Source: an uncultured Gammaproteobacteria bacterium (lineage in GTDB: Bacteria; Patescibacteriota; Patescibacteriia; Magasanikbacterales; GWA2-37-8). From it: DNA of 64,000 nucleotides. Shown in pieces: positions 1-9,154 of this stretch (positions are counted from its first letter, which is position 1; each line of letters opens with the position of its first letter). The stretch is taken from contig CAYHBZ010000002.1 in NCBI GenBank assembly GCA_964355175.1, positions 28,426-92,425 on the forward strand, written 5' to 3'. The notes beneath the pieces were generated by a model. That model did not search any database. It was not told where the DNA came from and worked only from the letters and a program-made list of their open reading frames with translations. A program made the position numbers and the translations under genes.

Positions 1-197
1 ATAATTCTGAAGTGGTGGCTGAAATTAAAGGTGATGATAACAGAATCACTTTAAACCACCGTTATGTTTTGGATGGATTGAATAACCTAAAATCCGAAAG
101 TGCTATCTTTAAAATTATCAACGCCGATAGCCCTTGTGTGGTGACTCCTATCAATGAAAATAGCTTTTTATATATAATCATGCCTATTCGTCAGTAA
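1..197 (+). CDS. dnaN: DNA polymerase III beta sliding clamp, C-terminal fragment (gene starts upstream of window)
   Basis: Frame is open from the window edge. C-terminal sequence ...LNHRYVLDGLNNL...LYIIMPIRQ matches the conserved DnaN C-terminus (...YLLDAL.......MPMR). Confidence 0.55.
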   Translation, partial: NSEVVAEIKGDDNRITLNHRYVLDGLNNLKSESAIFKIINADSPCVVTPINENSFLYIIMPIRQ

Positions 198-200
198 TTT

Positions 201-776
201 ATGTTTACTGGAATTATTACTCATACTGCCAAATTGCATTCTGCTAAGCAGGGTGTTTTTGGGGTGGTGGCTGATTCCAGCTTTGTTTCCAAAACAAAAA
301 TTGGCGATAGTATCTCTGTAAACGGAGTTTGTCTGACCGTGGAAAAAAAAGAAAAAGATAAATTGTTATTTTCTGTAGTACTGGAAACACTAAAAAGAAC
401 TAATTTAGGTGCTTTGAAAATTGGAAACACTCTTAATTTGGAGCAGTCAGTGACAATGCAGACATTTTTATCCGGTCATTTGGTGCAGGGTCATATAGAT
501 GGGGTGGGAAAGGTCAAAGAAATAAAAAAGCTGGGAAATAGTCGTGAGGTTGAAATTGAAGCTCAAGCGAATATTTTAAATTTTTTGGTGGAAAAAGGAT
601 CGGTAGCTCTAAACGGAATATCTCTGACGATAGCCAGGCTAAAAAAGAAAAGTTTTGTGGTGTCGGTTATTCCTCATACCTGGGAAGTTACCAATTTAAA
701 AGATGTTAAATCTGGGGATAATATTAATATCGAAATTGATATTATTGCCAAATATATTAAAAAGTTTTTAAAATAA
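201..776 (+). CDS. ribE: riboflavin synthase alpha subunit
   Basis: Starts with the hallmark MFTGII motif. Has the internally duplicated lumazine-binding half-domains (GDSISVNGVCLTV ... GSVALNGISLTI). Confidence 0.85.
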   Translation: MFTGIITHTAKLHSAKQGVFGVVADSSFVSKTKIGDSISVNGVCLTVEKKEKDKLLFSVVLETLKRTNLGALKIGNTLNLEQSVTMQTFLSGHLVQGHIDGVGKVKEIKKLGNSREVEIEAQANILNFLVEKGSVALNGISLTIARLKKKSFVVSVIPHTWEVTNLKDVKSGDNINIEIDIIAKYIKKFLK

Positions 777-786
777 CTTATTTTTT

Positions 787-1230
787 ATGAAGCCAGCCAG
801 TGAAATAAAAATAGCTATTGTCAGTGGTGCGTTTTGGGAAGAAATAGTGGCTAATTTAGAAAAACATTGTGTCGCAGCCCTGCAAAAGAAAGGGGTGAAA
901 AAAGAAAATATTAAGATTGTTCGGGTGCCGGGCAGTTTTGAGATACCACTGCTTGTAAAAAAACTCGCTAAACAAAATAAATACGACGCGATAGTTACTT
1001 TTGGCGCGATCCATAAGGGAAAAACCTATCATTTTGAATTGATTGCCAATGAGTGCGCTCGCGCCTGTATGAATTTGGCGGTGGAGTTTGAGGTGCCGGT
1101 AATCTTTGAAGTGTTGGCGGTGTATAACATTCGGGATGCTTATGACAGATCCACTCAAGTAAAAGATAATCGTGGTGTGGAAGCGGCCGAAGCGGTTTGG
1201 CGGACTTTGGAATCTCTGAGTACAATATAG
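787..1230 (+). CDS. ribH: 6,7-dimethyl-8-ribityllumazine synthase
   Basis: KIAIVSGAFWEEI...VRVPGSFEIPL pattern is typical of lumazine synthase. Lies between ribE and ribA. Confidence 0.85.
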   Translation: MKPASEIKIAIVSGAFWEEIVANLEKHCVAALQKKGVKKENIKIVRVPGSFEIPLLVKKLAKQNKYDAIVTFGAIHKGKTYHFELIANECARACMNLAVEFEVPVIFEVLAVYNIRDAYDRSTQVKDNRGVEAAEAVWRTLESLSTI

Positions 1231-1249
1231 ATCAAAAAAATAGGAGAAT

Positions 1250-1846
1250 ATGAAAAAAATTGTAGTGGAAAAAACAGCGGAAGCGAATTTACCAACTAAG
1301 TATGGTGATTTTAAGATTTCTATTTTTAAATCTTCTGTCGATGATCGCCCACAGGTGATTTTGACCAAAGGGGTGATAAAAAAAGAACCGGTTTTAGTAC
1401 GAATACACTCCAAATGTCTTACTGGAGATGTGTTCATTTCTTTGAAGTGTGATTGTGGTCCTCAGTTAAATTTAAGTCTGAAAAAAATTGCCAAAGGTGG
1501 CGGTGTCTTGATTTATCTAAATCAAGAAGGTAGGGATATTGGATTGGAAAATAAAATTAAGGCCTATGCCCTGCAAGATCAAGGACAAGATACTTTTCAA
1601 GCCAACCGTTCGTTGGGTCTGCCGATAGATGGGCGTGATTATGCGATTGCGGTGGCGCTTTTGCGATATTTAAAAATAAATAAAATAAATTTACTTACCA
1701 ATAATCTGGATAAAGTCGGACAGCTGGAACAGTGTGGAATAAAAGTGGTAAAAAGATTGTCTTTGGAAACTAAGCCAAATAAATATAACAAACTTTATCT
1801 TCAAGCCAAAAAGAAAAAGATGGGTCATAAACTAAAGTTGGCTTAA
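1250..1846 (+). CDS. ribA: GTP cyclohydrolase II (monofunctional, no DHBP synthase domain)
   Basis: RIHSKCLTGDVFISLKCDCG zinc-binding motif of GTP cyclohydrolase II. Length 198 aa, so only the GCHII domain. Confidence 0.8.
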   Translation: MKKIVVEKTAEANLPTKYGDFKISIFKSSVDDRPQVILTKGVIKKEPVLVRIHSKCLTGDVFISLKCDCGPQLNLSLKKIAKGGGVLIYLNQEGRDIGLENKIKAYALQDQGQDTFQANRSLGLPIDGRDYAIAVALLRYLKINKINLLTNNLDKVGQLEQCGIKVVKRLSLETKPNKYNKLYLQAKKKKMGHKLKLA

Positions 1847-1847
1847 T

Positions 1848-2936
1848 ATGACAATTACCAAGCAAGATTTAAAATATTTACGAATAGCTCTAGATCTAGC
1901 GGCCAAGGGTCGTGGTAATACCAATCCAAATCCAATGGTGGGGGCAGTAGTGGTAAAAAATGGAAAAATAATTGGACAAGGTTACCATAAAAAATACAAA
2001 GGGCCTCACGCGGAAGTGGAGGCTTTTAAAAATACCAAACAAAATCTAGTTGGTGCCACACTATATGTAACTTTGGAACCGTGTTCGCATCTTTGGAAAA
2101 ATACACCACCCTGTGTGCCGGGCGTGATCGCCGCCGGAATTAAGCGGGTGGTTTGTTGTACAAAGGACCCAAACAAGCTAGTAACCGGCCGAGGAATAAA
2201 GCAATTAAAAGCGGCGGGTATAAAAGTGGAAGTTGGCGGTCTTGAAAAAGCGGCTAAGGAGCTAAATAAAGCATTTTTTTGCTTCCATCAGAAGCAACGC
2301 CCGTTTATCGCTATTAAATTTGCCTGCTCATTAGATGGTCGCACAACGACCTACAGCGGTGATTCCAAATGGATCACCAATGAGTCGGCCCGTAAATTTT
2401 CTCGTGATTTACGCTCTGAGTATCAGGCTATAATTGTGGGTACCAACACTGTTTTAAAAGATGATCCTCATTTAGGGGTAAGAAATAAAAATTACAAAGA
2501 TCCTCTAAGAGTAATATTGGACGCCAGTTTAAAAATAAAATTGACCTCCCAAGTTTATCGCGACAATAATGTTTTGGTCTTCGCTTCGCCAGCGTATGAT
2601 AAACAGAAAATGGCCCAACTGAAACAAAAAGGAATTGAGGTGGTAATAACCAAACAAAAACAAGTGCCAATAAAAACAATTTTACAAGAATTAACCAACA
2701 GAAAAGTAATTAGCCTATTTGTAGAAGGCGGGTCCGAGTTGCAAGGAAGTTTCTTGGATGCCAAATTGGCTGATAAATTTTATATATTTTACGCCCCCAT
2801 AATAATCGGCGGCAAAAAATCTCTCAGCACCATCGGCGGACAAGGTGTAAAAAAAGTAAGCGACGCACTAAAGCTAAAAAACATCTCCACAAAACATTTC
2901 GGCGACAACTGGATGATAGAAGGAGATAAAAAATAA
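1848..2936 (+). CDS. ribD: bifunctional diaminohydroxyphosphoribosylaminopyrimidine deaminase / 5-amino-6-(5-phosphoribosylamino)uracil reductase
   Basis: N-terminal CDA-fold zinc motif HAEVEAF...LEPCSH, followed by a RibD C-terminal reductase domain. Start overlaps the ribA stop, consistent with an operon. Confidence 0.85.
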   Translation: MTITKQDLKYLRIALDLAAKGRGNTNPNPMVGAVVVKNGKIIGQGYHKKYKGPHAEVEAFKNTKQNLVGATLYVTLEPCSHLWKNTPPCVPGVIAAGIKRVVCCTKDPNKLVTGRGIKQLKAAGIKVEVGGLEKAAKELNKAFFCFHQKQRPFIAIKFACSLDGRTTTYSGDSKWITNESARKFSRDLRSEYQAIIVGTNTVLKDDPHLGVRNKNYKDPLRVILDASLKIKLTSQVYRDNNVLVFASPAYDKQKMAQLKQKGIEVVITKQKQVPIKTILQELTNRKVISLFVEGGSELQGSFLDAKLADKFYIFYAPIIIGGKKSLSTIGGQGVKKVSDALKLKNISTKHFGDNWMIEGDKK

Positions 2937-3002
2937 GAATTCAGAAAACAAAAAAGACTGGTCGTATGGCCGGTCTTTTTTGTTTGATAGTCGTGAAATT
3001 TC

Positions 3003-5864
3003 TTATTTTATCTCCACATTTAGTTCCTTGCTTTCCGTCACCCCACCGCTGGTGGTCATTGTGCCTCGCAAAATATATTTTCCAACACCCGGAGAATTCT
3101 TCCAACTAAATTCCAAATTCCCTTGGTCGGTTAGTTCGTCTTCTTTATGGTTGAAGTCAAAAATATTTTTTACCACTTTGCTCGAATTAATGAGCTGTAT
3201 TTTGATATTTTTTATGTCGTCCCAGCGAACCGGTTTTACAGCCATGTTTCTAGGAAAATCAGTTTGATTGATTATTATCTCGGTGCCATCTACCCAAGAA
3301 AATGTCGGTTGATCAAATTCAGTATTGGTATAAAACACAATTTTGGATTCGCCGGCATTGCCCTGATCATCCATAGCCACCACTTTTAGAACATGTTGGT
3401 TGGAATAAAGTTTGGAGAAGTTGAATGAGAAATCAAAAGGAAATTGATCGCTGCTTCCCACGAACTGATCATTAATATAATAATCCACCTTTTTTACTCC
3501 GCGCGGCGCACTGGCCTTTATTTGAATGCTGATTTGTCGTCCGTCAATAGTTTCGTTTGGTTCGGGAGATAAAATTTCAATTGTCGGTATCAGTTCTGGA
3601 TTATAGGTAGCATCATCGTATTGGGTTGGCGGTTCTTCCAAAGTAATTTCGGTGCCAGATGTCTGTAATCTTTTGATCCACGCTTGTAAAGAATTTTCCC
3701 AATTTTGGTATTGAGGATCATCGTTTGGATTGGTTGGTGCCGGTCCACGCGGATCGTTTTTGTTTACATAATGTAAAATATCATGTGTTGGCAAGAAAGT
3801 TCGGGTCACAATTAATCCGGGCGGAGTGCTGGACGTGGCTATCCGTCCGCTTAGAGAATTGATTTGTAATTTTATACCGCCATCCCCTCCGCGCAGTACC
3901 GGCTTGGTGGCATTGTTTGGTGGTGGAGTAGGAAAAGCTTCCACCGGAGTATTTTTGGTAGAGGTAGTCATGAACTGATTCCAGATCAAACCGGCCAAGG
4001 TGTTGCCGCCACCTTTCATAGTGGAAGGAATGGTGTTTCCCACCCAGACACCAGTAACCAGCGATGGGGTGTAGCCTATTGTCCAAGCATCTTTGTAATC
4101 ATTAGTAGTACCGGTTTTGGCAGCCACTGGTCTGTCGCCCAAAGTGAGGGTGCTGCGACGACCAAAAATATAAGCGCGAGATGCGTCATCGGACAATACA
4201 TTGCTGATGGTGGCGGCGATTTCCGGAGTGACAGCCGCCGTACCATCGTTTGGTTTCCATTCGGTCAAAACAGTTCCTTTTGGATCAGTTACTTTTAATA
4301 TACTAACCGGCGTATGATAAACACCGTTGTCAGCCAGAGTGCCATAAGCGTTGGTATGTTCAAGTAAATTTACTTCCGCGCCACCAAGCACCAAGCTCAG
4401 CCCCGGATCACCGGTAAAGGTGGTGTAGCCAAAGCGTTTGGCAAAATCAATGGCATTTTGGGTGCCAACCAGGTATAAAGTTTTTACGGCTGGAATATTG
4501 AGAGATCCTTGTAGAGCTTTGCGGATGGTTACGAGCCCATGTTCTTTATTGTCATAGTTGTGAGGAGTGTAGTTTCCTCCCGCGCGCTGATCGAAATTGG
4601 TGATAGTGTCGTAGATTACGGTCTCAGGTGTAAAGCCTTTTTCAAAAGCGGCAGTGTAAACAAATGGTTTAAAAGATGAACCTGGTTGACGCTTGCCGAG
4701 AATAGCCACATTAAATTGGCCATTTATTTCTTCATTTTCAAAATCACGTGAGCCCACCATTGCTAGTATCTGGGCGGTCTTTGGATCCATCGCCACGAGA
4801 GCGGCGTTGTTAGCATTATATTGTTTGGCAAATTTATCGCCATTTATTTTCACTATTTGTTGAGCGGATTTTTGTTTGTCATAATCAATCGTAGTAATTA
4901 CTTTTAGTCCGCCGCTGTCTACCAATTTTTCACCAAATTGGTCGGCCAAAAGTTGTTTTATATATAACACAAAATGGGGCGCATCCATAATACTGCCATT
5001 TCGATAAATTCTCAGGGCCTCATTTTGACCCTGAGTTTTTTGTTCATCATTTATATACCCCTGTTCAAACATCAATCTGAGCACAGTGTCGCGACGACCG
5101 CGCAGAGAATCAATATTATTGAGATAGCGAGACGGTGCCTGAATCATGGCGGCTAGGGTGGCCGATTCGGCAATGCTCAGATCCGTGGCATCTTTATGAA
5201 AATAATCTTGAGCGGCCGACTGCACACCATAATTGGTAGAGCCCAAAGGAATTTCATTAAGATACATTTTTAAAATATCATCTTTAGAATATTTCTTTTC
5301 CAAACGCAAAGCCAAGATCGCCTCTTTTAATTTTCTAAAATATCCTTGAAACCCGCGGCGTTCATTGCCGACGATAGTATTTTTGATAAGTTGTTGAGTG
5401 ATGGTAGAGGCACCACCACCGCCGGTACGACGACCAATTAAGTTATTTACGCCGGCGCGGGCAATGCTGAGTATACTAATACCATTGTGTTGGTAGAAAT
5501 TTTTGTCTTCTATAGATATTACTGCTTTGCCAATATAAGGAGACATGTGTTCTGCGTCCACCAAAGTTCTTTTTTGGTTGCCGTAAATTTCGTACAGTAC
5601 ATGCTCTCCGGTGCGGTCATATATTTTGGTGCTCTGCGATACTTGGCGATCGTTTAGGTGGTTTGGATCAGGCAGTTCGTTGCTGATCAATAGTATTGCT
5701 ACCGTACCAATAGCAAATAAGGCCAGAGCACCGGTAACACCTAAAATAATTATATTTTTGGCAGGGAGTGTAGGGAATTTTTTGGATTGACGCGGTGCCG
5801 GTTGGTCATCTTCGTAGCCGTGAGTACGGCTGGCACGCTTGATTTTGAAAAAAGGTAAAGGCAT
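3003..5864 (-). CDS. class A penicillin-binding protein (transglycosylase + transpeptidase) with a C-terminal Ig-like extension
   Basis: N-terminal TM helix. GT51 motifs (GGASTITQQLIKN, RKLKEAILA). Transpeptidase SxxK (GSSFKP) and KTGT motifs. About 230 extra C-terminal residues. Confidence 0.85.
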   Translation of the reverse strand: MPLPFFKIKRASRTHGYEDDQPAPRQSKKFPTLPAKNIIILGVTGALALFAIGTVAILLISNELPDPNHLNDRQVSQSTKIYDRTGEHVLYEIYGNQKRTLVDAEHMSPYIGKAVISIEDKNFYQHNGISILSIARAGVNNLIGRRTGGGGASTITQQLIKNTIVGNERRGFQGYFRKLKEAILALRLEKKYSKDDILKMYLNEIPLGSTNYGVQSAAQDYFHKDATDLSIAESATLAAMIQAPSRYLNNIDSLRGRRDTVLRLMFEQGYINDEQKTQGQNEALRIYRNGSIMDAPHFVLYIKQLLADQFGEKLVDSGGLKVITTIDYDKQKSAQQIVKINGDKFAKQYNANNAALVAMDPKTAQILAMVGSRDFENEEINGQFNVAILGKRQPGSSFKPFVYTAAFEKGFTPETVIYDTITNFDQRAGGNYTPHNYDNKEHGLVTIRKALQGSLNIPAVKTLYLVGTQNAIDFAKRFGYTTFTGDPGLSLVLGGAEVNLLEHTNAYGTLADNGVYHTPVSILKVTDPKGTVLTEWKPNDGTAAVTPEIAATISNVLSDDASRAYIFGRRSTLTLGDRPVAAKTGTTNDYKDAWTIGYTPSLVTGVWVGNTIPSTMKGGGNTLAGLIWNQFMTTSTKNTPVEAFPTPPPNNATKPVLRGGDGGIKLQINSLSGRIATSSTPPGLIVTRTFLPTHDILHYVNKNDPRGPAPTNPNDDPQYQNWENSLQAWIKRLQTSGTEITLEEPPTQYDDATYNPELIPTIEILSPEPNETIDGRQISIQIKASAPRGVKKVDYYINDQFVGSSDQFPFDFSFNFSKLYSNQHVLKVVAMDDQGNAGESKIVFYTNTEFDQPTFSWVDGTEIIINQTDFPRNMAVKPVRWDDIKNIKIQLINSSKVVKNIFDFNHKEDELTDQGNLEFSWKNSPGVGKYILRGTMTTSGGVTESKELNVEIK

Positions 5865-5914
5865 GGGAATAGTTCGTTATTTTTTGTTTCTATTATACTA
5901 CTATTGGTCTACTA

Positions 5915-5943
5915 TTGACAAATAAGGCATTTTGTGGTATTAT
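5915..5943 (+). promoter_or_regulatory. candidate sigma70 promoter for the 3D-domain gene (TTGACA, 17 bp spacer, TGnTATTAT extended -10)
   Basis: TTGACA at 5915-5920 and TATTAT at 5938-5943 with TG at -15/-14. About 80 bp upstream of the ATG at 6025. Confidence 0.35.
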
Positions 5944-6024
5944 AAGACGTTGTCAAGCAGGGATATCTTATATAGGTATCCTTTTTGATTAACAGAAAGT
6001 GGCTAATATTAGCCAAAAAAACAA

Positions 6025-6546
6025 ATGAACAAGCTAAAAAACAACCTAATTTCGCTTATCTTAGCGGTTTTAGCCTTGAATATGGCTACTCCAGTTATGG
6101 TTTCAGCCGCTCAGATGGGTTCTTTGCCTGCCGGTGATGCAAAAGACCTTACATTGGTAGAGAGTGTAGACGGTAAATTGTTCCACTTTTCTGATGTTAA
6201 GGTAAAGCCTCACAGGGTAGTAAACATGGTTTTGACCGCTTATTCCTCTACTCCTGGTCAAACTGACGAGGATCCTTTTACAGCCGCTTCTGGTAAGCGT
6301 GTATATGATGGGATGGTAGCGGTAAATGGCCTTCCTTTTGGTACCAAGATCAAAATCCCGGCTTTGTACGGTGAAAAGGTCTTTACTGTGGATGATCGTA
6401 TGAATGCCCGTTATGGGATTACTCGTATGGATATCTGGATGAATGCCCCTATCAAGCAGGTTCGCGCCTTTGGTGTGAAGCGTGCGGTAGTAGAAATCTA
6501 TTTACCAGAATCTCGTATCAAAGTGGCGAAGTCCGACCGTATTTAA
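6025..6546 (+). CDS. secreted 3D-domain (MltA/YabE-like, double-psi beta-barrel) protein, likely cell-wall binding/lytic
   Basis: Signal peptide. C-terminal region TAYS...GxxDEDPFTAASGKRV..G.VAV....PFGTKIKIP..YG...FTVDDRMNARY...RMDIWM matches the 3D-domain pattern with its three conserved Asp. Confidence 0.6.
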   Translation: MNKLKNNLISLILAVLALNMATPVMVSAAQMGSLPAGDAKDLTLVESVDGKLFHFSDVKVKPHRVVNMVLTAYSSTPGQTDEDPFTAASGKRVYDGMVAVNGLPFGTKIKIPALYGEKVFTVDDRMNARYGITRMDIWMNAPIKQVRAFGVKRAVVEIYLPESRIKVAKSDRI

Positions 6547-6557
6547 AGTTTAAATCA

Positions 6558-6588
6558 AAAACCACCTTTTAACCGAGGTGGTTTTTTT
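6558..6588 (+). terminator. rho-independent terminator
   Basis: AACCACCT-ttaaccg-AGGTGGTT hairpin followed by T7. Confidence 0.6.
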
Positions 6589-6611
6589 ATTATACAAATT
6601 TTGTGCTAAGC

Positions 6612-6808
6612 GGCGGCCGGACATGCATCCCCACTCTCTCACCTATGAAAACCCTCGGATAATTTGCAACCCGCCAAGGCTCTGGCCCTGAACTCGTCGC
6701 TTGACGCTCCTCAAACAGCAGGGCCAGCCACGCCTTGTCGGCTCACAAATTATTTCCGAGGGTTTTCAGCGGTTCGTTCGGGGGATGTATGTCCGGCCTT
6801 TTTCTTTT
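6612..6808 (+). ncRNA. candidate structured ncRNA, extended irregular hairpin of ~190 nt (6S RNA-like architecture; SRP/other not excluded)
   Basis: GC-rich island in an AT-rich intergenic region. The 18-nt 5' end GGCCGGACAUGCAUCCCC pairs with the 3' end GGGGAUGUAUGUCCGGCC. Inside are an asymmetric bubble, a ~20 bp stem (GAAAACCCUCGGAUAAUUUG / CAAAUUAUUUCCGAGGGUUUUC), further nested stems, and a U-run at the end. Confidence 0.4.
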
Positions 6809-8315
6809 AGTTTTTAATTCGGAATTGTAGAGCCTCGGCGAGGTGATTGATTGAAATATTTTCAGATTTATCCAGGTCGGCAATGGTGCGAGAAATTTTT
6901 ATAATACGATTATAACTGCGAGCGGATAAATGCATTTTTTCTACAGCGCCGCGTAATAAATTTAAGGACTCTTGACCCAGAGCACAATATTTTTTTAATT
7001 CACCATTACCCATTTCGGCGTTGGTAAAAATATTTGTGCCAGCAAAACGCATTTGTTGAATTTTGCGCGCGCCAATTACTCTCTGTCGTATGGTTTCAGA
7101 GCTTTCGCTATTTTTTGTATTTGATAATTTATCAAAACTAAGTCGTGGCACTTCTACATGTAGATCAATTCTATCGAGTATTGGCCCACTGATTTTTTTC
7201 TGATATTTGGTCAGGACAGACTGCAAACAAATACAAGTTTTCTGCGGATCGTTGGCATAGCCGCAGGGGCAAGGATTTTGAGAAGCGACCAAAATAAAAC
7301 GAGCGGGAAATTCTAGACTGGCGCGAGCGCGGGAGATGGTGATAGTGCCGTCTTCTAGTGGTTGGCGCAGAGTCTCTATGACCTCACGACTAAATTCTGG
7401 AAATTCATCCAGGAATAAAACGCCGCGATGGGCCAGAGAAATTTCTCCCGGTCGCGGATATTTACCTCCGCCCACCAAAGCCACGTTTGATATAGTGTGG
7501 TGTGGACTGCGAAATGGTCGATGGCGAATTAATCCATGACGCAGTAGTCCGGCAATAGAATATATTTTGGTAATTTCAAGCATCTCCTCTTTGGTCAGCG
7601 GTGGCAAAATAGTGGGTAAAGTTTTTGTTAGTAAGGTTTTTCCTGATCCTGGCGGTCCGGACAACATAATATTATGTCCGCCCGAGGCCGCTACCTCTAG
7701 GGCGCGTTTGGCGAATTCTTGGCCTTTGATTTGGGACATGTCAAAGATATTGTCCAGAAAGTCGGCGTACTCCAAAGGTGTCTTTTGTGCCGGTATTATA
7801 GGCTCTTTATTTAGTAGATGTTCTACGACCTGTTTTAGATTTTTTGCCGGGAAAATATTAATATCATCAATTAGACTGGCTTCGGCCAGGTTTTCAGTCG
7901 GTAGTATTATATTTTTTATACCATTCTCTTTGGCAAACATTACCATTGGTAAAGTTCCACTTACCGGACGCAAACTGCCGTCGAGTGCCAGCTCACCAAA
8001 AATTAAAGTGTCATCAATTATTAAATTATCTTCGCTTTGAGCCAAGACTATACCTACCGCCATCGGCAAATCATAAGCGGTGCCTTCTTTATGTACATTG
8101 GCTGGCGCTAGATTTATCAGAATACGAAAATTAAACGGATAATTATATCCGGAATTTTTTATGGCCGAGTGGATTCTGTCTTTTGCCTCCTGAATCGAAG
8201 TATCGGTGAGTCCGACTATGCTCAAGTTGGTCTGGCCTTTGTTTATGTCAACTTCCACCTCCACGCTTTGGCAACTGATCCCAAGTGGTGTTGCGCAAGC
8301 AAGTTTGACAAACAT
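6807..8315 (-). CDS. comM: YifB/ComM family Mg-chelatase-like AAA+ ATPase
   Basis: Lon-SSD-like N-terminus. Walker A in LSGPPGSGKTLL, and the whole-length organisation is typical of the YifB family. Confidence 0.85.
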   Translation of the reverse strand: MFVKLACATPLGISCQSVEVEVDINKGQTNLSIVGLTDTSIQEAKDRIHSAIKNSGYNYPFNFRILINLAPANVHKEGTAYDLPMAVGIVLAQSEDNLIIDDTLIFGELALDGSLRPVSGTLPMVMFAKENGIKNIILPTENLAEASLIDDINIFPAKNLKQVVEHLLNKEPIIPAQKTPLEYADFLDNIFDMSQIKGQEFAKRALEVAASGGHNIMLSGPPGSGKTLLTKTLPTILPPLTKEEMLEITKIYSIAGLLRHGLIRHRPFRSPHHTISNVALVGGGKYPRPGEISLAHRGVLFLDEFPEFSREVIETLRQPLEDGTITISRARASLEFPARFILVASQNPCPCGYANDPQKTCICLQSVLTKYQKKISGPILDRIDLHVEVPRLSFDKLSNTKNSESSETIRQRVIGARKIQQMRFAGTNIFTNAEMGNGELKKYCALGQESLNLLRGAVEKMHLSARSYNRIIKISRTIADLDKSENISINHLAEALQFRIKN

Positions 8316-8317
8316 AT

Positions 8318-8764
8318 TTAGCTTTTAAAAAATTTTGAGGGTAATAGAATTATTATTAATCCGGAAATTATAAGTAGATCGGATAGATTTATTAAGCCGG
8401 TACCAATCAACCAGTAGTCGAGAGTGCTTTGAAAAAATATTCTATCAAGCAAATTGGAAAGCGCTCCCCAAAAAACAACACTCAGGCCGATAAACACCGG
8501 CAAATTATTTTGATCTTTATAAAATTTTATTAAAAGAAAAATAATTATCAATAAAATTGGTACGGTCAAAGTAATAGACAGCCAATTTGGTAAAGGTAAA
8601 TTAAAGGCAATGCCGGGATTGCGGTAGGGATGCCAGCCAAAAAAATTTAAGAATACTTTCTGATCTGTAAAAATATTTTCTGAAAAAAATTTAAGCAATC
8701 GATCGATTGAGAATAAAAAAAACCCGCCAATAAATATTATAAATTGGCGGGTAAGCTGGAGCAT
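8318..8764 (-). CDS. lspA: lipoprotein signal peptidase II
   Basis: Four TM segments. NPGIAFN, GALSNLLDR and FNLSD motifs correspond to the LspA NTGAAF/GNLxDR/FNxAD boxes. Confidence 0.7.
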   Translation of the reverse strand: MLQLTRQFIIFIGGFFLFSIDRLLKFFSENIFTDQKVFLNFFGWHPYRNPGIAFNLPLPNWLSITLTVPILLIIIFLLIKFYKDQNNLPVFIGLSVVFWGALSNLLDRIFFQSTLDYWLIGTGLINLSDLLIISGLIIILLPSKFFKS

Positions 8765-8767
8765 AGT

Positions 8768-9154
8768 TTAGAGTTCCTGAGTGATGGCTTTTTTGCAGGA
8801 TACACAGGCACTACTGGTCGGACGAGCCAAGAGGCGTTTTTCTTCGATTGGTTTCTTACAATATTTGCAGATACCGTATTTTCCTTCTTCCAAACGAGAC
8901 AGAGAGATGGTAATATCGCGTAAAGTTTTTTCAAAGCTTTCTTCGAGTGGCACTTCAGCGGCATATTCGGCCACTTCAGCGGCATTTTCATCTTCTTTAT
9001 CGCCGTATTCCGGGAAGGTGCTGTCGTAGCTATCACTTGAATGAGCGTTGCGTTTGGAAAATTTGCCCAGTTCTTTTTCTAAACGATCTTTTTCCTCTAG
9101 GAGGGTGACTTTGATTTGGTCTAGAAATTCTTTGTTGAAAGTAGATGTTGCCAT
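8768..9154 (-). CDS. DksA/TraR family C4-type zinc-finger protein
   Basis: C-terminal CKYCKKPI...ACVSCK four-Cys finger after a coiled-coil N-terminus. Confidence 0.7.
   Translation of the reverse strand: MATSTFNKEFLDQIKVTLLEEKDRLEKELGKFSKRNAHSSDSYDSTFPEYGDKEDENAAEVAEYAAEVPLEESFEKTLRDITISLSRLEEGKYGICKYCKKPIEEKRLLARPTSSACVSCKKAITQEL

Noticed and set aside
8737-9036. 99-aa minus and 82-aa plus ORFs overlapping the dksA-family gene
   Set aside because: These are alternative frames of a gene with a clear C4 zinc-finger. The DksA/TraR frame is the supported one.
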